64,000 bases of DNA from positions 6,448,001-6,512,000 of the forward strand of contig NC_092674.1 of assembly GCF_964355755.1 (NCBI RefSeq). Reading direction: 5' to 3'. This stretch comes from Antedon mediterranea (taxonomy: Eukaryota; Animalia; Echinodermata). The number at the start of each line of letters is the position of its first letter. Positions within the stretch are counted from its first letter, which is position 1. The notes below the pieces were generated by a model, which was not told where the DNA came from, did no database searches, and saw only the letters and a list, made by a program, of their open reading frames with translations. Made by a program: the position numbers and the translations under genes. This document shows positions 50,063 through 63,100 of this stretch, in pieces.

Positions 50063-52248
50063 GATGATCTTCTATGCTACACAACGGACTTAATGTTGCT
50101 AAAAGTTAAAACGCAATCAACCTACCGTCGCTACGAACTATAGGCCTTTTTTTTTTCTATTTATGCGATATTATTACAACTCATTCGCTCTTACGTTTTT
50201 TTCAATATGTCCTATGAATTTTTTACCTTCCTCACAATTGTTTTAAATAGAAAAAAACATATATTTTGTTTTACTTCATTCGGTAATAACGTGTATTATG
50301 CGTAATAAAAAATTGTTTCCATTATTGTATTTGTTTAAATGCTCAAATTAAACAATCTGCAAGCCTACATCATACAATCGATTTATAATGGCTATTTGAT
50401 GTTGTTTATTATTATAAAAGGAACATATGTGAGGCGACTGTTTATGTTTACTGTATGTTATAAATAAAGATTAATATTTAACATTTATTAATACATTGTC
50501 CAGGTTTTGATTTATAGGTGTTTACATGGTGTTCGATGATGAAACATTTTATTGGCATTACATCAACATTTTCATCACAGTTAAAAACAAAATCCTCAAA
50601 GAACACTCTAAAAAGGTCAGACAATGTTAAACGGATAAAGAAATATTATGGTTGAATAACATTCAAATCATCAGAAAACCGAAAAAACGGATAACTAGAA
50701 TAAACAAGAAATATTTCTTACAAAAAACGCCGCTCGACATTTAAAAAATAATCTTTTTTTCTTTCTTCAGATATATGAAGTTATTAATTATTAAAAGATG
50801 TCCTTTAATCGCAAAAATGCATACAAATCAAAGATAGTTCTTTAATTATGAATCAGATTATGCCCATTTTTTTACTAGTTAATTGTATACTATTACTATA
50901 ATATAAAACACAATTTAATAATAATTTAATGTTTTTGTTACCGGGGAAACGTGTAGCAAAATAAAATATGTTGGTTAATCGCAAAAATACACAAAATCTA
51001 ACATAGCTATTTAATTATAAATCACATCATGCCCATTTTGGTGGGTGTTAGTAATCTGGTTGTATTTCATTGAATAATTGATAATTATGCTAATTTTCAA
51101 CAGCATTTGAAAGAAGACATGTGTACCTTTTCAACAATGTTTTATTTGCCAACAAATATTAATCTACTATAATTAAAAAATGGTAAATTTTGAAATGTGC
51201 TGTGTGTGTGTGTGACCTCAACCTGTAGGTAACTGAATACTCTCTAGACAACGTGACTTCACGGCGTAAAGTGAGAAATTCTTCCGCAGTCTGTTGATTG
51301 GCGTCAACCAATCAAAGGGCGAGAATCCAAAATCGTTCAACCGTGAGCCCTCATAGACTCTCTTTTCCCATACGTTTTTTGGGTCCAGCAGCTGGTACCT
51401 ATAAATTATAGTCGAGTTTACAAATTATTAAAATAACTATAACTATAACTTATAACTATAGAACCGCGACGCTAAAGCTTCTTAATGAGTACGTCTACTT
51501 GGGACATAGCTGCCTAAAGCCGCGGCGCGAAAAGTATTGTTATTTTAGTATAAGTATCTATTCAACAAACGTTAAGCTCTGTCTACACTATCAAACAAGT
51601 TTGACAAAATAAAGTGTGATGTGTCCAAATATGGTAGTGATATGTCATCTTGTCACATAAAGTTTGATAGTGTAGACATGGCTCTAGACTCTGTCCATTA
51701 GAAATTGTACGCATATGGGACATTCCCGCGTGTACGATAGTTGTTCGTGTGAACGCAGAGAGGTTCGGGTTAAGCTGCATTCACACTTGTTACGGAACGA
51801 AAGACGACCGTTCAATTAATCATACGATTTTCCATTACAACAATGCGCCGTCTTCCGTGTGTAGGTTAAGGCTTGGTTCCCACTAGGAAGAAGCAACGTA
51901 AAGAAATAAGCGCAACGCAACGTAATTTGGTAAATCCAAGCGATGGATTATTTGAACTGTCGCTTGTCATTGGTCAATTCGTCATGAGCTTATTTCGATA
52001 CTAGCCTAATGTATACTTCAGTAATTACCAGAGTCATAATTGGAGTACAGTATAACCCACCTTTTTGGGAAACTTTCCGTTAAATGAACGAAGGTCAATT
52101 TATGTTTTAACACTAGGGCAAACTCCTATTAAAGCTACGTCTCTATTAAGGGGACAACATGTTGGGTCCCCGAATGTATCCCCTTAATAGGGGTTCTATT
52201 GTATACTAATTATAAATGGCATGTTTTATTTCACCTGCAGAAACAACA

Positions 52249-54975
52249 ATGGACCCGACAACTGATCAGTTATTTCTGCTGAACAACATCAAGTCAGTAG
52301 ACGGAAAGACCATAGCTCCCTCAGAAATTACGCTCGACACAACAACCAACGCTTATCCGTTATTCAAAAACAAACAGGGTAAATTGATTGCCGCTGGTGG
52401 ATTCCTCAACAAAGGCCGAATTGTAACATTTGCACACGAAGCCATTGTGAACTATGGGAAGGATAGCACCGAAAATAACGCGGCGTCACTCACAAAGAAT
52501 GCCGTCAAATGGTTGGGTCGGAACGCGACTCGCGTAGGAATGCTGGTGTCACGCTATAACGGACTGAGAACCAATCTAACGACAGCTGGAATGACTGTTA
52601 GTGATGTCACCCCTGCGCAGCTATCAACAGTAGATGTTGTATTCACAGACACGTACACAAACTTTGACGACACTAAGATGTCACAAATACGTGCATTTAT
52701 TTCCGGGGGAGGTGGCTTACTTTACGGAGGTCACAACTGGTATTACAAACATGCCTGGGTAAATAACATTCTCCAGGGGACTGGTATTACCATAACACAG
52801 GTTCAAGTAGATGGATACCAGGTCTTTGCTCCTGTTCCTCCAGTGGTGTCTGCGTCGGTACCACACCTTATTAAAGGTGTATCCAAGATAACTCTTGATG
52901 GCCTAACTCCCGGAACGTTGAGTCTGTTTGATACCAACGCTTTCAGTTTCATCGACAGAGACCGGAATGTAATTGCGGCTGGTGCACATTTTGAGCTTGG
53001 TCGGATGGTACATTTTGGGCACGAAGCCGTTGTTAACATTCGGAGCACCACTGACAACTCACTGCTTCTGGTTAAGAATACAATTAGTTGGTTAACAAGA
53101 ACAAAGTCAAAAGCATCCGTCGGATTCCTTGTCACATCAAACGGATTGAAGACAACTTTAACCGAGCTTGGGCACACCGTCACAAATATAAATATTGGCG
53201 ATGACTTCAGCGGGTACGATCTCCTCGTTACGACAACTTACAAGTCTTATACAAAAGATCAGTTACAGAAAATAGAAAAGTTTGTTGGCAATGGCGGATC
53301 ACTTCTTACTGGTGGTCATAACTGGAGTGGAGCTAAAGCATATGTTGACATTTTGATGCCGGGTGGAATCTACCTCACCAATGACTACACTGGTGGTGCG
53401 GGTCTCACAGTTACCAGTAGAACGATAGAATCTCAAAATATGTTAAATGCGTACAACTGCATCAACGCACTCACTGCACATGTAAAAAAAGAACATGTTC
53501 TTACGATAAATGACCAACGAGATGTCATGGTAACAGTTCGGTATGGAACCAACGAACTTCCATCAACAATTGACAAGTTTTGGACAGCTTGTAAAGACTT
53601 CCTTAAGCTACACCAATCGGTTTCAATTACTTCGTTAGATACCAATGCTTCTCCCGTAGAAGCATCGTACGTTTACATCTTTAACGCTGTTGTCGAAAAT
53701 GAAGACGTTAACTCCATGAAACAATACCCTGAAGCTAAAGACTTTCCCGGTGCAGTTCCTTCAACACTAAGCCGAACAAGCAAAACCATCAATATTGATG
53801 CTACATTTACCGGTCTACCTAACTACTTTCCATCCCATTCAAACGCGGTGTGGCGCAGCACTGCTCTTTACGCGGGCCCTTCGGAACCAATCACGGTAAC
53901 CGTTTCCACATCAGCTGTAAATAAAGGCATTCGTGTGCTGATTGGCTGCCACGTCGATAACCTTACTAAAAAAGATACACTACATCGTTACCCACGAATA
54001 TCGAGATCTTTCGAAATTGTTTCCACTACAACAAAAGCCGGAAACGTATTTGGAGGGCTAATTTACATCACTGTTCCTTCCGGTTCAACATTGGGAACAA
54101 TTCAAGTGTCCATACAAAATGCTTATGCCGCTCCGGAGTTCATCCTCGGCACCACGAATGAGAGTCAATGGAAGACATCACTTTCTGCCAATCCTGTTCC
54201 ATTCTGCGAGATGGCAAGTAAAAGTATGATTCTGACAGTACAGACATCTGAAGTAGCGAGTAGAGTAAAAAATCCAACGGATTTAATGCAGATATATCGA
54301 TCCTGTGTAGATGTGATAAACGAGTTATCGGCCTTGGACCCGAACAATCGTGCTCGTGGAGAACGCTTTGTTCTTGATAAGCAGATAAGTGCTGGTTATA
54401 TGCACGCAGGCTACCCAATAATGGGACCAATAAGCGCTTCCACTTTCATGCTCGATAACGACAAAATACGCGAAGACGGAAACATTTGGGGACCTGTCCA
54501 TGAAATCGGTCACCAATACCAGACAAAAGGTTGGACACCATCGGGAGGCGGTGAAGCAACTACTAACATCTTTTCCGTGTACGCTTCAGAAAAGGTTCTG
54601 AAAATCCCACGCGAAAGGGCACATAGTGCTTTAACGGCGGCTAATCGACAGAAGAGGATTGACGATTTCATAAAAAATGGCCGAAAGTACTCTGATTGGA
54701 CTGTGTGGACCTGTTTAGAGACGTACCTACAGCTGCAGGAGGCCTTTGGCTGGGACTTCTATATCAAGATATTGGGTGAATACAACAAGACTATGACAAA
54801 CCGACCATCATCAAACCAACAAATGCTTGACGAATGGCTAAAACGGTCATCTAGAATTGCGAACTACAACTTGGCCCCGTTCTACCAAGGATGGGGTTGG
54901 TCTATAAGCCAAGATGCAATCAACAGTGTTGCAAATCTTCCACAGTGGACGAAGAATCCGATGACGATCACCTAG
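52249..54975 (+). CDS. Peptidase M60 / TCAF (FAM115)-like zinc metalloprotease, single coding exon
   Basis: ORF with duplicated N-terminal domain (GRIV.F.HE...GGHNW x2), WRSTALYA, IGCHVD, FGGLIYI, QISAGYMHAGYP, WGPVHEIGH, EATTN. Acceptor tgcag at 52240 precedes ATG 52249. Confidence 0.9.
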   Translation: MDPTTDQLFLLNNIKSVDGKTIAPSEITLDTTTNAYPLFKNKQGKLIAAGGFLNKGRIVTFAHEAIVNYGKDSTENNAASLTKNAVKWLGRNATRVGMLVSRYNGLRTNLTTAGMTVSDVTPAQLSTVDVVFTDTYTNFDDTKMSQIRAFISGGGGLLYGGHNWYYKHAWVNNILQGTGITITQVQVDGYQVFAPVPPVVSASVPHLIKGVSKITLDGLTPGTLSLFDTNAFSFIDRDRNVIAAGAHFELGRMVHFGHEAVVNIRSTTDNSLLLVKNTISWLTRTKSKASVGFLVTSNGLKTTLTELGHTVTNINIGDDFSGYDLLVTTTYKSYTKDQLQKIEKFVGNGGSLLTGGHNWSGAKAYVDILMPGGIYLTNDYTGGAGLTVTSRTIESQNMLNAYNCINALTAHVKKEHVLTINDQRDVMVTVRYGTNELPSTIDKFWTACKDFLKLHQSVSITSLDTNASPVEASYVYIFNAVVENEDVNSMKQYPEAKDFPGAVPSTLSRTSKTINIDATFTGLPNYFPSHSNAVWRSTALYAGPSEPITVTVSTSAVNKGIRVLIGCHVDNLTKKDTLHRYPRISRSFEIVSTTTKAGNVFGGLIYITVPSGSTLGTIQVSIQNAYAAPEFILGTTNESQWKTSLSANPVPFCEMASKSMILTVQTSEVASRVKNPTDLMQIYRSCVDVINELSALDPNNRARGERFVLDKQISAGYMHAGYPIMGPISASTFMLDNDKIREDGNIWGPVHEIGHQYQTKGWTPSGGGEATTNIFSVYASEKVLKIPRERAHSALTAANRQKRIDDFIKNGRKYSDWTVWTCLETYLQLQEAFGWDFYIKILGEYNKTMTNRPSSNQQMLDEWLKRSSRIANYNLAPFYQGWGWSISQDAINSVANLPQWTKNPMTIT

Positions 54976-55379
54976 AGGAGACAGAGATAATCGGCGAATC
55001 TTTATCTAAAGATGATACACACATTGTCTAACCATTTAATTCAAATGAAATAATTGTATACCTTTTAATTATGGGATTTAAACAAGTAGTAGTAGTAGTT
55101 AAGAATAATACACTTACTAAATATAGTTCAATGTCTATATTACTAAAAATAGGATTCGATGTCTATATTACTAAATATATAATCCAATTTTTATTAAAAC
55201 ATATAATTCGTTTTTCATGTTACTAAAACATTTATGTTCATGTTACTGAAAATAGAATTCAAAATCTATGAAAAAAAAGTAGGCCTATTGAAGGTATCAG
55301 ATAAATTGGAACTATTGTATGTAATGTAAGAATTTAAACTACTAATGCCAGGAAACGGAATTAGGCATACAGTAGGCAT

Positions 55380-56082
55380 ATAGTTTAGAAATATAAGGTA
55401 GATACATTAAAATTACCGTACTGATCTATAAGATCGTACAAATAATCCGATGGAATTTAAGAAAGTAGATAAAACATGATCCGATTATATGTAATAAGCA
55501 CTGAAGTAGATATAAGATACATTAATACTACTGCATGGATCTAACAAGATCGGAAACATAATCCGATATATATGTAATTAAGCACTGAATATTAAAAATA
55601 CTTCACTTATCTATAGCAAGACTGGAAACAGAATCCGATATATATATGTAATAATCAATGGAGTAGATATAAGATATATTTAAAATACCTTACTGATCTA
55701 TAGCAAGACTGGAAACAGAATCCGATATATATATGTAATAATCAATGGAGTAGATATAAGATATATTTAAAATACTTTACTGATCTATAACAAGACTGGA
55801 AACAGAATCCGATATATATATGTACCGTAATAATCACTGGAGTAGATATAAGATATATTTAAAATACTTTACTGATCTATAACAAGACTGGAAACAGAAT
55901 CCGATATATATATGCAATAATCACTGGAGTAGATATAAGATATATTTAGAATACTTTACTGATCTATAACAAGACTGGAAACAGAATCCGATATATATAT
56001 GTAATAATCACTGGAGTAGATATAAGATATATTTAAAATACTTTACTGATCTATAACAAGACTGGAAACAGAATCCGATATC
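55380..56082. repeat. Tandem repeat, ~87-bp unit, about 6 conserved plus 2 degenerate copies
   Basis: actggaaacagaatccg recurs at 55621, 55708, 55795 and onward. Confidence 0.9.
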
Positions 56083-57149
56083 TGATAAAGAAATAAAGAC
56101 CAATTTAGTGGATATTAGATAAAATAAAATGCTGTACTGTGTTTAAATGTTTAAAATCTTTTTCATTTTAATGCTACAGTATGCTATAAGATACATTTAG
56201 GCATTTATTACCTTCACCATAGGCTGGTGCACATTAAAGCTGTTTTCAAGGAGGAAATACACAATTTCCTTCACCATCAAATATTTGTTTACGCGTATGA
56301 ACCATACATTCTATATAACCACAATCAATATTGACTTAAGTTCTGTCTACACTATCAAAGTTTGTGACAAAAAACTAGTTTGATAGTGTAGACAGAACTT
56401 AATTTATAGTTTTCGACAAATATACCTAAATTGCTTACATAAAACACACAAAACCACAAAATAAACATCAATGTTTATATATAATTTATTTGAAAACGAA
56501 CATATAATTTAAAATGTATTTAAAGAAGCACTGACTTTATTGTAAAGTTGGCCAAAATGCCAATGCACTTAAATATTGCTTTTAACATTGACGCTAATAG
56601 TTACATGTTTTCAAAGAAAAACTTGGAGGAAAAATACACCAGCCTGCATTCATTCGACGTGTGTTTAATGGCTGTCATTAAACAAATTAATCATAGCGGA
56701 AATTCCAATAAAAAATATGCAGTGAAACACAGTAAAAAAATTGTTCTCTAAAATAAAAAAAAAGGTTTAGATGAAAACCACACCAGATTGAGGTCTGATT
56801 TCGTTCCAAGTTGATGCCTTTGTTGCGTTATTTAAATAAAATATGTGAATACCGTTTTAAAATTTCCTAGTCTAAAGAAAAATATTTTCCAATATCTCTG
56901 TTAATGCATGAATGAAGAAGCACATTTTCTGGAATAAAAAGTATAAATTCACGTCTGCATTTGAGCCTAACTATTCTGACCAGGTCAAACACACACCATA
57001 CAGTAACATTTGAGGGTTGTAAAAAATCTACAAACCAATCAAAACTCTTTTCAAATTGGTTTGTACAGATGAGATCAAGGAGATTGTTGATTTTGTGTGT
57101 AATCCCTAAAGAACATACAAAATAATCAAGGCACTTCCTACGATTTCTT

Positions 57150-60100
57150 TCATCTAATAATCTGACGCTTGCTTTGGATCTGGACGGCTCGTTTGTAATC
57201 TTTGATGGCTAGATCACGTTTACCGAGTTTACCTAGGACGTCACCTCGTCTCTTATGCACAATGGCGTCATCAGGCTGAAGTTTCAATGCTGAAAAAAAA
57301 AAATTCTAATTTGTTTTGTTTATATATATTTAGAAAAATTGCCAATCCATTCACTATCCTTCATAAAGGTAGCAATCCTGTTCACAGGAAAAACATATAC
57401 ACAAGATGCTCTACATAAACAAAGTCTTATTACAAATCTTTGGGAGTGGAGTTGTAAATTGTCATTAGAAAAAAGTCCTGACATGCGAGAACTTGAACTC
57501 ATACATAATGTGGGAGTGGTGGATTCAGAGGATACGGGTGAGATGGTGCCGGAGAGCATTTTATTCGGGTGCAGGTCAACTCGGCCCTAAACCATCTCGG
57601 CCCCACGTCAAGTCGGCCCCACGTCAAGTCGGCCCCAAGTCAAGTCGGCCTCAAGTCAACTCGGCCTGAAGTCAACTCGGCCTCACGTCAACTCGGCCTC
57701 AAGTCAACTCGGCCAAAAACTAATCCGTCAACTCGGCCTCTAAAAAGTATGGAACGCAAAAAGTGCTAATATAGTAGCTAAATAAAACCGAAATTTCAAT
57801 GTAAATTGTTTAAATGTTTGTTAGATCTATTTTTTAATACAAGGATGTTCCAAGAAAGAATCGAAATATTCTTAGAAAGCCTATTATTATATAGATACTA
57901 GCAATTATACCCGCCCCAGGGCGGGTTTCAAAATTAGTTTACAGCCTTCTCAGTACATAACACCCGACGCCAGTATCTATTTTAGAATGACGCTTCACCA
58001 ATACGGTCATCTTGTCAGTTTAATTAAAGATAATATTACAAAACGGGACACAAGATTCCCGATGATAGCAACAACACACACCATGACAAATTCCATGAAT
58101 CCATAATTTAATACATTAAAATCACAATCACATCCCCTCGCGATCAGATGTCTCTCCAATTCCCCAGCACTTTTTTAACTTTTTAACTTCATGACCCTTG
58201 ACATAATAAACTACGAAACAGGTTATGATTGGTCATCGTTTCCGTTCCGTTTTTATCAAGTTATGAGCGATCTGTCAGTTCCGTTGTTTTTCACCGGCCG
58301 TTCATTTTCACGGAACAGATTTGGTGTTTAAACGCTGCTATTTTTTAACGCTTTTCGATTTTCTAACAAAACGGTGCCGTTCTCCGTTCCGTGAAACGGA
58401 ACAGGTGTGAATGCCTCTTAAGTCATGAGAATATACAGTAGCCAAATAACAGTTATATACAAACGTCAGTCATCATGTGATACTTTGTTTGAAAGAACAA
58501 TACCTTAAAATTAAGAGAAATAACAACATGGACTGTCATGGAAGCAAATTTCTCTCTTCCCATGCTGTATTAATTATGAATAATTATGAAATAGAAACGA
58601 AATGAAAATAAAAATGTCATACAAAAAAACCCCGTAAGGATGTAACCTATACCCATAATGCTTATACAATTTGTATTCTTGCCTTTTTGATTTGTTATGA
58701 TTTTAATGTTATTCTATTCTTATTATATTGATGTATATATACAGTTGTAGACCATGGAGGTATAATACCTCCATGTGTAGACCGAAGTATATTGTTTAAA
58801 TATTATTCATTAAAATGTCTTCTTCGACAGTTATTCCTGTAATTACAAAATGTGAAGAAATATTTATTTATTTCAAACAATATAAATAAATACTACCTAT
58901 CAATTAAACGAAAAACGATCAGGCCCAGTGTGTTATAATTTATATTGAATTTTCCGTTTTATTTCGTCTATTATGTAGGCCCTAGTCCTAACCGTACTGT
59001 GATGTTTATCTTGCCATTATAATATTAACTACAATATTAGCACTTTTTACGTTCCATAGTTTTTAGAGGCCGAGTTGACGGATTAGTTTTTGGCCGAGTT
59101 GACGTGAGGCCGAGTTGACGTGAGGCCGAGTTGACTTGGGGCCGACTTGACTTGGGGCCGACTTGACGTGGGGCCGACTTGACTTTGGCCGAGACGGTTT
59201 AGGGCAGAGTTGGATCGAATTCTCTTATTCACCACAGCCCACACCATTGCGTGTAAAGCTCCGTCTACACTATCATCTTTGTTTGACAACAAATTTGATG
59301 TGCCCAAATATGGTAGTGATATGCCTAAATATGGTAAAGATATGGCATCATCATGTCTATATATGAGCACATCACACATTTTTGTCCAAGTTTGATAGTG
59401 TAGACAGAGCTTTAGTGTATTTGAGCACAAACCTTGGGAATAATCTTTCTCTGCTAGTTCATATTTATGCAGCATTGTGTACAAGTTGCCCCTGTTGAAG
59501 TAAACATGTGCTGAATATGGACTTAAGTTTTGCGCTTGGTAGAAGTCTTCAACGGCTCCTCTGAAGTCTCTCAGAAGTACCTAAACAAACCATAATAATG
59601 AACCAATAAAACTATGTGAAACAAAGGAACCATTCTGTACCTGTATTGATTGTATGTAAGGGTCTTATAAATAGAGGAAATATTTATACATCTGTATGAT
59701 TGAGAAAGCTGCATGATAATTGTATTTTTAGTTAAAACTACTGTGGAATATAGTAAATTACTCAACTCCCTGACACAAAGCTACCCCACAATAGTTAAAT
59801 ACAATTATCATGTTGATGTAGTAACCGATTGGGCTTGAATCTAACCCCTAGTGTTCAGTGAAAGATTGGTGGTCTAGAGGTACAGTATCAACACCAGGCT
59901 AGTGATCTGGAGGTTGTGGGTTTGAGTCCCACCCACATTTGTTAAAAGTGTTCTCAATTTACTTAGTATAAAGTACAAAATTACGTCAGAGTAGGGCAAA
60001 CATCTGACCAATATTGACAAACTGTTTGTTGTAATGGTATTGTGAGCTGTGTCAAGAATTTTTTCCTTTGTAGAAACTTTACAATGCAATAATGCAGAGT

Positions 60101-63100
60101 AAAGGCCTTGGTAACAAGTAGAGGATTTTGTGTTCTGATCATGGACCAACTGGAGAGCAGTCTTGTACTGAAGAGGTCATCCAGTATAAAGAAAATAAAT
60201 ACAATAAAACACATTCCTTGAATATTGTAAATAATGCATGTTTTCTAAACAAAAGTACATTCCTAATTGAATTATTTGATAGAGTAAAGATGCTAGTAGT
60301 AAATACAATCACCACCCTCTATCAATAGATTACCCTTGTTATAGCCCTATTTAGCATGGCTGCTTCGTCTTTTTCATTATAGTGTAATGTCTTGTTATAG
60401 TATTCCAGTGCCTAAAAATAAAAAGTTGTAATAACATAATATAGTAGGCCTAATTATTCAGTTCAAATCAAATACAGATTATTGACACTTTGTTGGATCT
60501 CAAAAGCGTCTCCTAAAGCTCTGTCTACACTACCAAACTGCTTGTGACAAAAAAGTGTGATATGTACAAATATGGTAGTGATATGATATCATCGTGTCCA
60601 TATATGGTCACATCACATTTTGTTGTCACATGCAGTTTGCTACGCTCGCGCTAAGGTCAAATTTTCGTTCGCCAAAATGGCGAAAGGTTTTGAAAAACAT
60701 TAGCCAAATTGAAAATCCTTTAGCCAAATTTAAAAAACCATAAAAATTCGCAAAAATGTTTATTAAATAAATAATGCATGTATTTGTTTGTTATTTTACT
60801 TCTTTTACATTTATATTATTATTATTTATCCCAATGAAGCTGATTTTCGTTACCGCGATTTCAAAAAGTGACGTGTCTTTGAAGTTAAAAATATACTATT
60901 TCTTATGTACCCATGAGAATAAAAATTATATGCCTGGAAAGATCTTGTTTAAGGGATTATTTTTATATATTTTTAATCTATGTTTATTAAATATTTTAAT
61001 AGAAAACACGAGTTAAAAATGAGGTACAAAAGCCGGCGAGCCGAAATCTGCGCGCTAAAAATAACTTTGGAAAACACCTACCCATTTTCGCACCCGATCG
61101 CACGAGGTCCATAATAGGTGGTGGAGTAATTTTTGTTGCATGTTATCAGGCTTTAAATACTCTTTATTTTGATATGTAAATCGGTTATTATTATTATGTA
61201 CATCCGCCTCATATGTCAATTTTAACGATAACAATTTTTTAGCCTTTCTCATTATCAAAATCTGGCTAATTTAGTAATGAATTAAAGCTAATTTATATTT
61301 CTGTTTGATAAACCACATCGTTTTATTTGACTTTGCGTGGACCTGGTGCGAAGAAGCCAACAAGACCAACCACTGAAAAAAATAATCCCTACCATAAATA
61401 TCAGTGTTTACCATTTTCCTTACGGGGGATTCAGTTCTCCGCTTATTACTAAATTACCGTCGCCTAGGTATTAGCGCGTTAATTAATGATTGGATAACCC
61501 CCGCACAGTGGACTGTTCCATTTTCTGAACTAGTATTCGCCGCACACGAGGCATGTCGAAAAATGTCGCCTCTCATCATGGAATACTTGCTTCGAAACGT
61601 CAATTTTACCGATTTATTAAATTATTTAATAAGTGGAATATTTATCAATCTATTATATAAAACAAGTACGTTAGGAAGAAATGTACCACAGAAATTTAAG
61701 AAGCTTTGAATTTGCTATGCAGCGGCCGTAACCCATTCTATGTAGGCGGCCGAAACGCGCTTTGGCCAGGGTTGCCGTTGTAGTATACGTTGTTTCTTAG
61801 CTATTCAATTTAAAGCGCAACTTTCGGTTAGAATAATCGAAAGGGAAATAAAATTAAACATGTTAACATTATACTATTGAGGTAATTACTTTGTTAAATT
61901 TAAAATTCCCCTTTTTAAATAACAGAACAGCCTCGTTTACGGAAGTATTCGTCCACATGTTTCTGTTTACATTTTCTTCTCGAAGTTCATTTTCTACATC
62001 GAAGAATAGGGACTTCCCCTTTTATTCGCTCATCATCACGTCGACGACGACCGGCCACGAACCAATCACATTAACTGTGTGTCATTAAAACGTCATCGAG
62101 GCACGCTCTGCGCATGTTTAAACAGAACTAAAAAAATGAACACGGCGATCGTGACGTCGTCACATAAAATGCTGTTGTGGTAAAAAGTGTACCCGAGTCA
62201 GAAAGTACCGAAGTGTGGCGAATTCTCGCTCCCATAAGAAGTCACGCCGACCAGGCTAGGCCTAGGCTTGGAAATGTATTTTCGCCAATTTGGCGAACGA
62301 GGCAATAATTATTTTCGCCAAATGGAGACTCCAGTCGCCATTGGCGAATTGGCGAGCGGTTAGCGCGAGCCTAGGGTTTGATAGTGTAGACAGACCTAAA
62401 TAATTAAATACCTGAGAAAACTGTCTGTTTTGAAAGAAAATGTTTGCAGAATTGAAGTAAGCGAGTGAATACGTTGGATCCTTTTTAATTGCTGCTTTAA
62501 AATCTTTCATTGCATTCACTCTATCATCCATAAAGAGGTGGACCACTCCACGATTTGTGTACAGCTCGGCTGTCCCAGCGATCTTGAGGGCAGCATTCAA
62601 GTCAAGCAGTGCTGCGAAAGTGTCCATCATTTGAAGACAGATGACAGACCGGCCTTCCAATGCTGGTTTGTAATCTGAAGTCAATCAAGGTTCAAAGGTC
62701 AATACGGGAGAGAATGGTTCTGACATTATTATAATAAAGATTAAATAGGTGGTTTGGACATGAAGAGTTTGTGTAATATAAAAGGATATTCAAGACCAGA
62801 AAAGGGGGAGATTGGAAGAGGAGATTACTAGTGAGAGAGGTCAACATACATGGCAGCCAGGTAAGGGAAAGGTGAAAGGATGTTGAAGAAGTTGCAGATA
62901 GCAGAAAGACTTGAATACCAACAAGGATATAAATTTATCTTGAGAGAGGTTGTGTTGAGGACACAAGATCCAGAGAGATAGAAACTTGCCATTTGGGTAG
63001 AGGAATGCTGTAAGATAGAGTTGCCAACATGAGGCAGACATAAAGACCAACAAGGAGATACATTTATCTTCAGAGAAATTGTGTTCAGGACACACGATCC

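Noticed and set aside
52803-54516. Antisense ORFs within the M60 gene (likewise within the SMase and Ginger genes)
   Set aside because: Shadow frames of real coding sequence with no recognisable motifs.
39930-54975. Bacterial contamination or prophage
   Set aside because: The genes have spliceosomal leader exons or acceptors and are interleaved with the host MITE families.
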